Below are positions 38,944-47,543 of a stretch of 48,072 nucleotides of DNA, piece after piece. A program made the position numbers and the translations under genes. Every line of letters begins with the position of its first letter. Within the stretch, counting starts at the first letter, position 1. The notes beneath the pieces were generated by a model. The model was given only the letters and a program-made list of their open reading frames with translations, ran no database searches and was not told the origin of the DNA. The stretch lies in sequence record DRR378314_231. One strand, 5' to 3'.

Positions 38944-40025
38944 CAGGCGAGTTCCTTGCTTGATGGGTTGACGCGTTGACCAACTTTCGGATGCGGCTGC
39001 TTGTGAGGGCAATTCTTCCAATCGCTGGGGCACAACCGAGAGTTTGCACAAGACCGTATCGTCTGATCACTCTTGAGAGACGCCAAGACTTCATCCCGCA
39101 GCATGGAAATGAACTCTTCATGCACGCCCAAGGCTTCAACGCGCGTGTAACTGGCTGCACCGTGCTCTTCGGCTACGAGCCTGTATTCTTCGCCAAGTTC
39201 AACCAATGTTTCGATATGCTCAGATACAAACGCAATCGGCGCGATCAGAATATTCTTCCCATCTTTCGCGGCCTTTTCGATCTCTTCTTCTGTAGGAGGC
39301 CCTATCCATTTGAGCGGCCCAACGCGGGATTGGTAGCAGGGAACCACTTCCCAATCGGCGGGTACACGGGCGGCGACCATCTCGCCCATTGTCTCGCACT
39401 GCCACTGATATGGATCGCCATCCTTCACAATCTTCTCGGGCAGACCGTGCGCGGACAGGAGAAGCCGGACATTGTCAGGCTCTCCTGCAGCCTTATGGGC
39501 CTGCATGATGCGATCGACATGCGCGGAAATAAGCCCTTCAGCGAAGGGATAGCAACAAATCGTCTTCGCGGGCCCCTTGTATGCCCTGTTCCAGGCCGTG
39601 AGCGATGAACCAGTCGTCGTCGTCGAAAATTGCGGATAGAGGGGCAAAAGGATGACTTCATCCGCGCCCCAGGCTTTTACCTGTTCTGCGGCTTCTTCCG
39701 TAAAAGGGTGCCAGTATCTCATGCCAATGAAGCAACGAACCTGATCATCTGGCAGAGCTTTCTGCAAAGATGTCGTCAGGGCTTCAGCCTGCTTCTCCGT
39801 TTCAGGGAGAAGGGGGGATCCACCGCCCGCGTCCATCATCGCGTAATTCTTGATAACGGACGGTGCACGTGTTGTCGAAATGAGTCGCGCAAGGAACCAT
39901 CGAACGGGCAGGGGCGCTCCGATGATAGCCGGATCGCGGAACAGGTTTTTAAGGAATGGCCGTACCGTCTTGTCAGAATCTGGTCCGCCCAGATTAAACA
40001 GCACAATCGCGATCTTGCGGCCCAT
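38943..40025 (-). CDS. hemH: Ferrochelatase
   Basis: LFNLGGP, MRYWHPF, LPLYPQFS.TTTGS, SAHGLP, YQSRVGP..W..P and FVSEHIETL motifs. Confidence 0.96.
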   Translation of the reverse strand: MGRKIAIVLFNLGGPDSDKTVRPFLKNLFRDPAIIGAPLPVRWFLARLISTTRAPSVIKNYAMMDAGGGSPLLPETEKQAEALTTSLQKALPDDQVRCFIGMRYWHPFTEEAAEQVKAWGADEVILLPLYPQFSTTTTGSSLTAWNRAYKGPAKTICCYPFAEGLISAHVDRIMQAHKAAGEPDNVRLLLSAHGLPEKIVKDGDPYQWQCETMGEMVAARVPADWEVVPCYQSRVGPLKWIGPPTEEEIEKAAKDGKNILIAPIAFVSEHIETLVELGEEYRLVAEEHGAASYTRVEALGVHEEFISMLRDEVLASLKSDQTIRSCANSRLCPSDWKNCPHKQPHPKVGQRVNPSSKELA

Positions 40026-40029
40026 TTAC

Positions 40030-41061
40030 CTAACCCTTCCGAATAATTTCCAACACGCGTTCTACATGCGCGATAGGTGTCTCCGGCCGGATGCCATGAC
40101 CAAGATTGAAAATATGCGGCCGACCTTCGTAGGCAGAGATAAGTTCCCGAACGCGGGCGTCGAGTCTCTCACCGCCTTCAATCAGTAAAAGTGGGTCAAG
40201 ATGTCCTTGAACCGGAAAGCCTTCAGGCAAGGCCTTGTTCACGAATGATGGCACTGCTGCCGTATCGAGACCAACCGCAGTCACGCCAGTTGTCTCCACA
40301 TATTCCGGAAGCATCGCCGCGGCGCCGCGCGGAAAGCCGATGATCGGAACATCAATGCCCATCTTGCGAAGACGGGCGACAAGTTTTTGTGTGGGCGCGA
40401 TAATAACTTCCCGGAAGATATTGTCTGGAAGCCCTTCGGCCCAGCTGTCGAACAGCATGAGAGCATCCGCTCCAGCATCTACCTGAGCCGCCAGATAATG
40501 CGCCGTCGCTTCACTGATCCGATCCAGTGCAGCCGCGAGTTCGTTTGGCTTCCCGTGCGCCCAGCGCCAAGCGAGGGATTTATCCGTCTTGCCACGGCCT
40601 TCGATCGCGTACAGCCCGACGGTCCAGGGAGACCCGGCAAACCCGATCAGCGCTGTCCCATCCGGAAGTGAGCTCTTCACTCGCGAAACTGTTTCGTAAA
40701 CTGGCGACAAACGGTCAGCTGCTTGTTGGGGGGGCACTTTGTCCAGATCATTCGCTGACTCGATCTGCTGAACAATTGGGCCAATACCTTTCTCGAACTT
40801 CACGCCGAGACCCATTGTATCAAGGATCAACAGGATGTCTGCGAACAGGATGGCTCCGTCCATACCGTATCGACGTATGGGCTGGAGTGTAGCTTCAGCC
40901 GCCATCGACGGCGTGTAGCAGAAATCGAGGAAATTCTTCGCTCGTGCTCTCAGCTCTAGATATTCTGGCAGGTGGCGTCCCGCTTGCCTCATCATCCATA
41001 CCGGAGGCGTTGGGACCGTCTGTCCCTCAAGTACCTGAATCAGCTTAGGCTTGGCGCTCAT
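40030..41061 (-). CDS. hemE: Uroporphyrinogen decarboxylase
   Basis: PVWMMRQAGR.LPEY, AILFADIL, LIGFAGSPWT, FDSWA and HIFNLGHGI motifs. Confidence 0.97.
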   Translation of the reverse strand: MSAKPKLIQVLEGQTVPTPPVWMMRQAGRHLPEYLELRARAKNFLDFCYTPSMAAEATLQPIRRYGMDGAILFADILLILDTMGLGVKFEKGIGPIVQQIESANDLDKVPPQQAADRLSPVYETVSRVKSSLPDGTALIGFAGSPWTVGLYAIEGRGKTDKSLAWRWAHGKPNELAAALDRISEATAHYLAAQVDAGADALMLFDSWAEGLPDNIFREVIIAPTQKLVARLRKMGIDVPIIGFPRGAAAMLPEYVETTGVTAVGLDTAAVPSFVNKALPEGFPVQGHLDPLLLIEGGERLDARVRELISAYEGRPHIFNLGHGIRPETPIAHVERVLEIIRKG

Positions 41062-41204
41062 GCCTCAGGCCCCTTCCATCCCAAAATCAAAACAAAGCCC
41101 GACAGGGCGCTTATAACTATTAGACCGTGTAATTCGTGGAGAAAGGCCACACACAGGAATTGTCCAGCTAAATCCACAGGCGAGTCACAGGGTGTCGCAC
41201 CCCG

Positions 41205-41220
41205 GTAAGGTTTCGTTAAC
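41205..41220 (+). promoter_or_regulatory. CtrA binding site (8/9)
   Basis: GTAA ggtttcg TTAAC. Confidence 0.7.
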
Positions 41221-41237
41221 TGTCGATGCCACCGTGG

Positions 41238-41253
41238 TTAACGGCAGGTTAAC
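41238..41253 (+). promoter_or_regulatory. CtrA binding site (perfect)
   Basis: TTAA cggcagg TTAAC. Confidence 0.85.
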
Positions 41254-41350
41254 ACCCCCGCTGGAGTCACAGGAGCGAACGAAAGGGGATTCTCGCGGAG
41301 TCGAATTCCTGGCCTGTGACTCGATTGTGAATCCTTTTGGGGAAGATTGG

Positions 41351-41359
41351 TTATCCACA
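41351..41359 (+). promoter_or_regulatory. DnaA box (perfect)
   Basis: TTATCCACA. Confidence 0.88.
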
Positions 41360-41409
41360 GAGGAGTCACAGGTCTTGTGTGTGACGCGAACCTCGGCAAG
41401 AGAGAAGAG

Positions 41410-42255
41410 ATGAACAAGCCACCCGCCCGCCTCAGCATCTACTTCAATGTCCACCTGGTTTCCGACAGTACGGGGGAAACCTTGAATGCCATTCAGCGCG
41501 CTGCTTGCGCGCAGTTCCAGAATGTCCAACCACTGGAGCACAATTATTATCTCGTCCGATCCGAGCGTCAGCTTGAGCGCGTAATGCGAGAGATTGAAGC
41601 GGCGCCGGGAGTCGTCTGGTACACGATCTCCGATGAAAACCTCCGATCCAAGCTGGAAGCCTTCTGCCGAGAGCGCGGCGTGTCCACACTTCCGGTTCTG
41701 GATGCCTCTGTTGCCATGCTGGGCCGGCATCTGGGCGTCTCCGCAAACCGGGTCGTTGCAGGGCAGCATGCGCTGGACGATGATTATTTCGACCGGATGG
41801 AAGCCATCAATTTCACGCTGGCGCACGATGATGGCCAGAATGTCGATGGTCTTCGCAATGCCGACGTGATCTTGCTCGGCGTCAGTCGAACGTCGAAAAC
41901 ACCCACCAGCGTTTACCTAGCAAACCGCAAGGTAAAAGCCGGCAACATTCCCCTGGTGCCCGGCGTGCCGCTTCCTGCCTTTGTGGAAGAACTCGGCCCG
42001 AGAGGACCTTTGATCGTGGGATTGAAAATCAGTGCCGAGCGACTTGTGCAGATCAGGCGACAAAGACTGATCTCACTTCAGGAAGATGAGCACACAATAT
42101 ACGCGGACGAAGCCGCCGTGCGGGATGAAGTGACTCAGGCGAACCGTTTGTTCCAACGCAACAGGTGGAAAACGATTGATGTGTCGCGTCGGTCTGTTGA
42201 GGAAACCGCTGCGGCCATTCTGAACCTGTTGAATGAGCGGAACGCACAATCATGA
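41410..42255 (+). CDS. ppsR: Pyruvate,water/phosphate dikinase regulatory protein (DUF299 kinase/pyrophosphorylase)
   Basis: HLVSDSTGET, YF.R.EAINFTLAHDDG, LLGVSRTSKTPTSVYLA and IDVSRRSVEETAA motifs. Confidence 0.93.
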   Translation: MNKPPARLSIYFNVHLVSDSTGETLNAIQRAACAQFQNVQPLEHNYYLVRSERQLERVMREIEAAPGVVWYTISDENLRSKLEAFCRERGVSTLPVLDASVAMLGRHLGVSANRVVAGQHALDDDYFDRMEAINFTLAHDDGQNVDGLRNADVILLGVSRTSKTPTSVYLANRKVKAGNIPLVPGVPLPAFVEELGPRGPLIVGLKISAERLVQIRRQRLISLQEDEHTIYADEAAVRDEVTQANRLFQRNRWKTIDVSRRSVEETAAAILNLLNERNAQS

Positions 42256-42848
42256 GCCATCGCATAGTCCTGGCCTCTGGCAGTCAGAGTCGCCGTGCCG
42301 TGCTGGCTGCGGCTGGCGTAGAGGCTGAAACGATCAAGCCGAATGTCGATGAAGATGCCGCCAAGACCTCCTTTCGGGCAAGCGACATGAAAGTTCGCGA
42401 CCAGGCAATGCAACTCGCTGAGTTGAAATCCGTGAAAATCTCCATGCGAGAGCAGGGACTTGTCATAGGGTGCGACCAGATGCTGTCATTGGACGGTGAG
42501 CCCTTCGACAAGCCTGTCGATTTGGATGATGCTCGCAATCATCTGAAGAAACTTTCGGGTAAGTCGCATATTCTGGAAACCGCGATTGTCATCAGCGAGA
42601 ATGGCAAGCCTGTCTGGCGTAATCTCGCGCGCCCGAAATTGACAGTCCGCAAGCTGAGCGATGAGTTCATCGACACATATGTCGACACGATTGGTGATCC
42701 TTTGCTGTCTACTGTCGGAGCCTATCAGCTTGAGGGGCTTGGCGCGCAATTGTTTACGCGGATAGACGGAGATTATTTCACCATTCTCGGTCTGCCACTT
42801 TTGCCATTGCTGGATTATCTGCGCACACGCGGAGTGTTGATGTCATGA
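42252..42848 (+). CDS. maf: Maf family nucleoside triphosphate pyrophosphatase
   Basis: IVLASGSQSRR, VIGCDQ, KP, LSGKSH, GAYQLEG.G and GDYFTILGLPL motifs. Confidence 0.93.
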   Translation: MSHRIVLASGSQSRRAVLAAAGVEAETIKPNVDEDAAKTSFRASDMKVRDQAMQLAELKSVKISMREQGLVIGCDQMLSLDGEPFDKPVDLDDARNHLKKLSGKSHILETAIVISENGKPVWRNLARPKLTVRKLSDEFIDTYVDTIGDPLLSTVGAYQLEGLGAQLFTRIDGDYFTILGLPLLPLLDYLRTRGVLMS

Positions 42849-43660
42849 CGAAACTTTATGGTGTTGTCGGCGATCCGATCAGTCATTCCCTGTCTCCTGT
42901 CATTCACAATGCGTGGATCCGCGAGCACGGAATTGATGCAAGCTATGAAGCCATGCACATTCCGAAGGGGGCCTTTGCTGAAGGTCTTGAGACGCTTGAG
43001 GATCGCAAGGCTCTTGGCTTGAATGTCACCTCTCCCCACAAGGAAGATGCAATGGAGCTCGCTGAAGGAACGAGTGATGTTGCCCGGCGAATTGGCGCGG
43101 CAAATACCCTGATCCGTTTGAAAACGGGTGGCTGGCTGGCAGAGAATACGGATGCGCCGGGATTTACCGAAGCGCTCAATCGAGCCTCCATTGAAATTGC
43201 GGGTCAGAATGTCTGTCTGCTCGGAGCAGGGGGCGCCGCGCGTGCGGTGGCACTGGCACTGTCTGATATGCGGGCCACGTTGACGATCTGTAATCGGACT
43301 GAGTCCCGTGCGGAAGAACTGGTAAAGCATTTGAACATTGAGGCGGATATCAGAAGCCTTGATCATGCTGACGCCGAAATGGCGAAGGCGGATGTTGTTG
43401 TGAACACGCTCAGCCTGGGCCAGACCGGGCAATCGCTTGAACTTCCTGAAGGAAAGATGCGGACCTTCTATGATATTTCCTACGGCAAGCCGGCAAAAGC
43501 GATGCTGGGCAAAGCGGAAGATTCGGGCTGGAAAACGCTGGATGGGTTGAGCATGCTGGTTGCGCAGGCGGCTTTCAGTTTTGAAATGTGGTTCGGTATT
43601 CTGCCGGATATGGACTCTTCATTAGCCCGGTGCCGGAAGCTGGTGGAGGCAACCGAATGA
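42845..43660 (+). CDS. aroE: Shikimate dehydrogenase
   Basis: [43 protein letters not shown] and DGLSMLV.QA motifs. Confidence 0.95.
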   Translation: MTKLYGVVGDPISHSLSPVIHNAWIREHGIDASYEAMHIPKGAFAEGLETLEDRKALGLNVTSPHKEDAMELAEGTSDVARRIGAANTLIRLKTGGWLAENTDAPGFTEALNRASIEIAGQNVCLLGAGGAARAVALALSDMRATLTICNRTESRAEELVKHLNIEADIRSLDHADAEMAKADVVVNTLSLGQTGQSLELPEGKMRTFYDISYGKPAKAMLGKAEDSGWKTLDGLSMLVAQAAFSFEMWFGILPDMDSSLARCRKLVEATE

Positions 43661-44265
43661 TCATCCTTGGTCTGACAGGCTCCATAGGCATGGGAAAATC
43701 TGCGACCGCAGGATTGTTCCGGGATGAAGGCGTTCCGGTTTATGATGCGGACGCCGCGGTACACGCACTTTATGCAAAGGGCGGCGCCGCAGTAGAACCG
43801 GTCGAGGCCGCCTTTCCGGGGGTAACGGTTGACGGAGCGATTGACCGTATGGCCCTTCGGGAACGTGTGCTGGATGATGCAGACGCCATGCGAAGGCTGG
43901 AAGGTATCGTGCATCCACTTGCCGGCGATGCGCAGAAGCACTTTCGAGACCAGGCCCGCGATGAGGGCGCACCCTTTGTGGTCCTGGACATTCCCTTGCT
44001 TTATGAAGCGGGTGGCTATGCCTATTGCGACTATGTTGCGGTGGTTACTGCGCCTGCTGAAGTCCAGCGCGAACGGGTTCTTTCGCGTCCGGGCATGGAT
44101 GAAGACACCTTCACCTCCATCCTTGGTCGGCAGATGCCGGATGCAGAAAAGCGGGCGAGGGCTGACTTTGTAATCTCTACTGCGCATGGATTCGAGTATG
44201 CTGCGGATTGCGTCCGCGCGATTGTCGCGTTGATGGGGCGAAAGGTTGAAGAGGCAAATTCATGA
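43657..44265 (+). CDS. coaE: Dephospho-CoA kinase
   Basis: [37 protein letters not shown] and KRARADFVI motifs. Confidence 0.96.
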   Translation: MIILGLTGSIGMGKSATAGLFRDEGVPVYDADAAVHALYAKGGAAVEPVEAAFPGVTVDGAIDRMALRERVLDDADAMRRLEGIVHPLAGDAQKHFRDQARDEGAPFVVLDIPLLYEAGGYAYCDYVAVVTAPAEVQRERVLSRPGMDEDTFTSILGRQMPDAEKRARADFVISTAHGFEYAADCVRAIVALMGRKVEEANS

Positions 44266-44963
44266 GCGAAGACATCCGCGAGATTGCATTCGATACCGAG
44301 ACCACGGGCCTTCATCATCTGGAAGGAGACCGGGTGATCGAACTGGGCGCAGTGGAGATGATAAACCACATCCCTACCGGTCGGACATTCCAGACCTTTA
44401 TCAACCCCAAGAGATCCGTCTCTGAAGACACAATCCGGATTACTGGCATAACGGATGATCATCTGAAGGACGCGCCGTTTTTTGAAGACCCTGCCGTTGT
44501 TGATGCGTTCCTCGAGTTCGTCGGCGACGCCATTCTGGTTGCCCATAATGCGGGGTTTGACCGGAACTTCCTGAACATGGAGCTGGAGAAATGCGGCCGG
44601 GCGCCGATTCCCGAAGATCGCTGGATCGATACTGCCATGATGGCGCGAAAGAAGTATCCCGGCGCGCCCGCCAATCTGGATGCCTTGTGTCGCCGCTTCG
44701 ATATCTCACTTGAAAGCCGGACATTCCACGGCGCTTTGCTGGATAGTCAGCTGCTTGCGGCCGTCTATCTCGAACTGCTCGGCGGCCGCGCCCATTCTTT
44801 CTCGTTCGAATCCGAAGAAGAGAGCAATCGGTCACAACGCACGCGGTCAGCGCGACAGCGGCCAGAACCCCTTCCGTCGCTCGTGACGGATGAAGAACGC
44901 GCCGCCCATGCAGCATTCATTGAAAGCCTGGGTGAAGACGCAATCTGGAAAAAAGTCAGCTGA
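44262..44963 (+). CDS. dnaQ: DNA polymerase III subunit epsilon
   Basis: DTETTGL (ExoI), LVAHNAGFD (ExoII), LDALCRR, HGALLDS.LLA.VYLEL.GG. Confidence 0.96.
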   Translation: MSEDIREIAFDTETTGLHHLEGDRVIELGAVEMINHIPTGRTFQTFINPKRSVSEDTIRITGITDDHLKDAPFFEDPAVVDAFLEFVGDAILVAHNAGFDRNFLNMELEKCGRAPIPEDRWIDTAMMARKKYPGAPANLDALCRRFDISLESRTFHGALLDSQLLAAVYLELLGGRAHSFSFESEEESNRSQRTRSARQRPEPLPSLVTDEERAAHAAFIESLGEDAIWKKVS

Positions 44964-44969
44964 TCAGGT

Positions 44970-45497
44970 TCAGGCCTGGCCAGTTTCGCCGTTCGGCGCG
45001 GCCGGAGCGGCAGGTGCATTTCCGCCGCCCGCTGCTGCGCGCTGGTATTGCGACTGGTACAGTTGAACAAAATCGACCGGATCAATCAGCAGGGGCGGGA
45101 AGCCGCCTTCGCGCGTGATTTCAGCGATGATGCGGCGCGCGAACGGGAAGAGAAGACGCGGGCATTCAATCAGCAGCATTGGCTCCATCTGGCCCTGCTG
45201 CGCATTCTGGATCTGGAACAGACCGGCATAATCAAGCTCGCAGATGAACAGGACAGACTGTTCAGCGGTCGCCTTGGCAGAGAGTTTCAACGACACTTCG
45301 TAGAGGCCGTTTCCGTCCGCGTGAGGGGTCGCGCCGACATCAATTCCAAGATCAATGTTTGGCTGGGACTGGACCGGGCCAACGCCAGGATTTTCGAATG
45401 ACAGGTCCTTGATGTATTGACCGAGGACGCGCATGGCTGGCCCTTGAGGCGGGTTGCCCTGTGGTTGAGGGTTTTGCGGTGCGCTGGCATCTGTCAT
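44970..45497 (-). CDS. secB: Protein-export chaperone SecB
   Basis: QYIKDLSFENP, YEVSL, ECPRLLFPFAR and GGFPPLLIDPVDF motifs. Confidence 0.96.
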   Translation of the reverse strand: MTDASAPQNPQPQGNPPQGPAMRVLGQYIKDLSFENPGVGPVQSQPNIDLGIDVGATPHADGNGLYEVSLKLSAKATAEQSVLFICELDYAGLFQIQNAQQGQMEPMLLIECPRLLFPFARRIIAEITREGGFPPLLIDPVDFVQLYQSQYQRAAAGGGNAPAAPAAPNGETGQA

Positions 45498-45628
45498 GCT
45501 TATACTCCCTGAAACTCAAGCCGCGCGCCTAGCATGCGGCCCGTTAACGCGCAACGTATCACTGGCATGATGCGTTGGTTCGCTCTATCTATGTTACTAC
45601 TCAATGCGTTGGAGGTCTTTGCGCGTAC

Positions 45629-46243
45629 ATGTTTGATCCTGTGATCGAGGTTGTCATTCTTGCAGCCATTGCCCTGTTTGTCCTGTTCCGTCTCTACACG
45701 GTGCTGGGTCGGGGTGAGGACAATTCTCCTGTGCAACGTACTGAGCCTAGCGCCAAGCCGCGTCCGGCCGATAGCAACGTGCATGAACTGCCTCAGTACA
45801 GCAGGGAGAATGATCGTCCGATCTTTACCGGCCCTGCTGCAGGTGGGCTCGAAGACATTTACAATGCCGACAACAGTTTCAACGTCCCGACCTTCATGCG
45901 GGGGGCCAAGGCAGCCTATTCGATGATCGTGACCGCCTTTGCGGAAGGCGACCGCGACACGTTGCGGCCTTTGCTTGACGATGATGTGTATGAAGCGTGG
46001 GATCAGGCGATCGCAGAACGGGACGTCACCGGCGCTTCAGCCTTCGAATTGCTGCGTATCAAGCGCGCAGAGATCGAAAGCGCCGAAATGGATGGTGACA
46101 TGGCCCGCATCTGGGTGCGCTATGAGGCTGAACTGGGTGATGGCGAAGTCACTCGCACCGCCAAAGAGCTCTGGGCCTATATGCGGAATGTGACCGCAAA
46201 CGATCCGAACTGGATCCTGGATGATGTGGAAGAAGCCAAATAA
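45629..46243 (+). CDS. Tim44/TimA family inner-membrane protein
   Basis: N-terminal TM (ILAAIALFVLFRLYTVLGR), F..GAKAAY.MIV.AFA.GDR..L, DPNWIL. Confidence 0.88.
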   Translation: MFDPVIEVVILAAIALFVLFRLYTVLGRGEDNSPVQRTEPSAKPRPADSNVHELPQYSRENDRPIFTGPAAGGLEDIYNADNSFNVPTFMRGAKAAYSMIVTAFAEGDRDTLRPLLDDDVYEAWDQAIAERDVTGASAFELLRIKRAEIESAEMDGDMARIWVRYEAELGDGEVTRTAKELWAYMRNVTANDPNWILDDVEEAK

Positions 46244-46313
46244 GACGTCTCCCACAACAAAGCGCCTATCAGGGGCGTGACACTGCCCGTCATTCCATTC
46301 CATAAACGGCGTC

Positions 46314-47534
46314 ATGTTTCGACGTCTCCTCCTGCTTGCCAGCGCATGTGTTCTGGCCGCGTGCCAGTCTGCGCCGCCACCTGCCCCTGCACCGCGTCCG
46401 GCACCGACCCGTCCGGTTGAACAGGCGCCCCTGCCACCTGCTGCCATTGAACGCCCGGCCAGCTTCAGGGAACTGCCGAACTGGGAGACGGCCCCAATTG
46501 AATTGCCGCTCAGCGCCTTCAAGCGGTCTTGCGTCAAGCTGAAGGACCGTTCCGCCGGTGATTATCTCGCCAGTGTTGCGCCGTGGGCAGGATATGTCGC
46601 TGAATGGCTGCCCGCCTGCAATCTGGTGGACGATGCCGTGGACGATGAAAGCGCCCGGCAGATCCTGGAATCCCTTTTCACGCCGGTCGAGATCATTGAT
46701 CCGGCGGGCAAGAGCCGCTTCACCGGCTACTTCGAACCGTTGTATGAAGCGCGCTACACGCCCACGCCGCCGTTTACAGAACCCGTGCCGGCCTTGCCGA
46801 CAGACCTTGTGCCGAATGGCGCAAGCCCGAAACAGCGCCTGCGCAATGGCGGGACGCGGCCCTATCCGGCGCGCGCAGACATCACGACCAATGGCGTATC
46901 GGCCATTGCCTACGCGCACCCCGCAGATGTGTTCTTCCTGCAGATTCAGGGATCTGGCCGGCTGAGATTCCCAGACGGGCGCACTGTGCGCGCGGCCTAT
47001 GCCGCGCATAATGGCCATCCGTTCAAATCCACCGCCAACTGGCTGATGGAAACGGGCCGGATCACTCCGGGCGAAGCCAGCATGCAGGGCATCCGCGCCT
47101 GGATGGACCGGGCCGGGCCAATCGAGACGCGGCTGGCGATGAACCAGAACCCGCGCTTTGTGTTCTTCCGTGCCCTGCCGGAAGGGGACCCGAACCTCGG
47201 TCCGGAAGGGGCCCAGGGTGTCCCGCTGACGCCGCTATCCTCAATGGCGGTCGATACTGACATTCACCCGCTGGGTGTGCCGATGTATGTGCAGACCACA
47301 GCGCCCGGACTTGGCGGAGACTGGGCCGGTATGCTGATCGCGCAGGATACGGGCGGCGCGATCAAGGGCGCGGTGCGCGGGGACCTCTATTTCGGCACTG
47401 GCGTTGAGGCTGGCGAGCGCGCGGGCACAATGAATGCGCCGGGTCGGCTTTGGGTATTCCTGCCAAAAGGCGTGGCCGAGCGGCTTGAGCAGACTGACAT
47501 CGCGGCGCTTGGGTTCCAGGCCGGGTCGCCCTAG
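46314..47534 (+). CDS. mltA: Membrane-bound lytic murein transglycosylase A
   Basis: Lipobox LAAC; FTGYFEP, FFLQIQGSG, NPRFVFF and AQDTGGAIKG..RGDLYFG (3D domain). Confidence 0.93.
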   Translation: MFRRLLLLASACVLAACQSAPPPAPAPRPAPTRPVEQAPLPPAAIERPASFRELPNWETAPIELPLSAFKRSCVKLKDRSAGDYLASVAPWAGYVAEWLPACNLVDDAVDDESARQILESLFTPVEIIDPAGKSRFTGYFEPLYEARYTPTPPFTEPVPALPTDLVPNGASPKQRLRNGGTRPYPARADITTNGVSAIAYAHPADVFFLQIQGSGRLRFPDGRTVRAAYAAHNGHPFKSTANWLMETGRITPGEASMQGIRAWMDRAGPIETRLAMNQNPRFVFFRALPEGDPNLGPEGAQGVPLTPLSSMAVDTDIHPLGVPMYVQTTAPGLGGDWAGMLIAQDTGGAIKGAVRGDLYFGTGVEAGERAGTMNAPGRLWVFLPKGVAERLEQTDIAALGFQAGSP

Positions 47535-47543
47535 ATAGCGGCC

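Larger units (their letters stand above)
41182..41372. repeat. Four exact copies of the 10-mer GAGTCACAGG (three direct, one inverted)
   Basis: 41182-41191 (+), 41264-41273 (+), 41313-41322 (-), 41363-41372 (+). Confidence 0.95.
41062..41409. other. Chromosomal replication origin (oriC, Caulobacter Cori-type position)
   Basis: Divergent hemE / DUF299(PDRP) intergenic region; perfect DnaA box TTATCCACA at 41351-41359, near-boxes at 41170-41178 and 41326-41334, W-box TGGGGA at 41338-41343, two CtrA boxes, seven GANTC sites, an AT-richer stretch near hemE; parS sites ~7 kb away; gene orientation flips here. Confidence 0.9.

Noticed and set aside
6365-39913. KOPS-like GGGCAGGG octamers (minus strand near 6365-6374; plus strand 39906-39913)
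   Set aside because: Only two were noticed, in opposite orientations on the same replichore, so no polarity signal can be claimed.
41182-41372. Origin repeats interpreted as a CRISPR array or plasmid iterons
   Set aside because: The repeats are 10 nt, irregularly spaced and in mixed orientation; there is no cas or rep gene; the context is chromosomal core genes.
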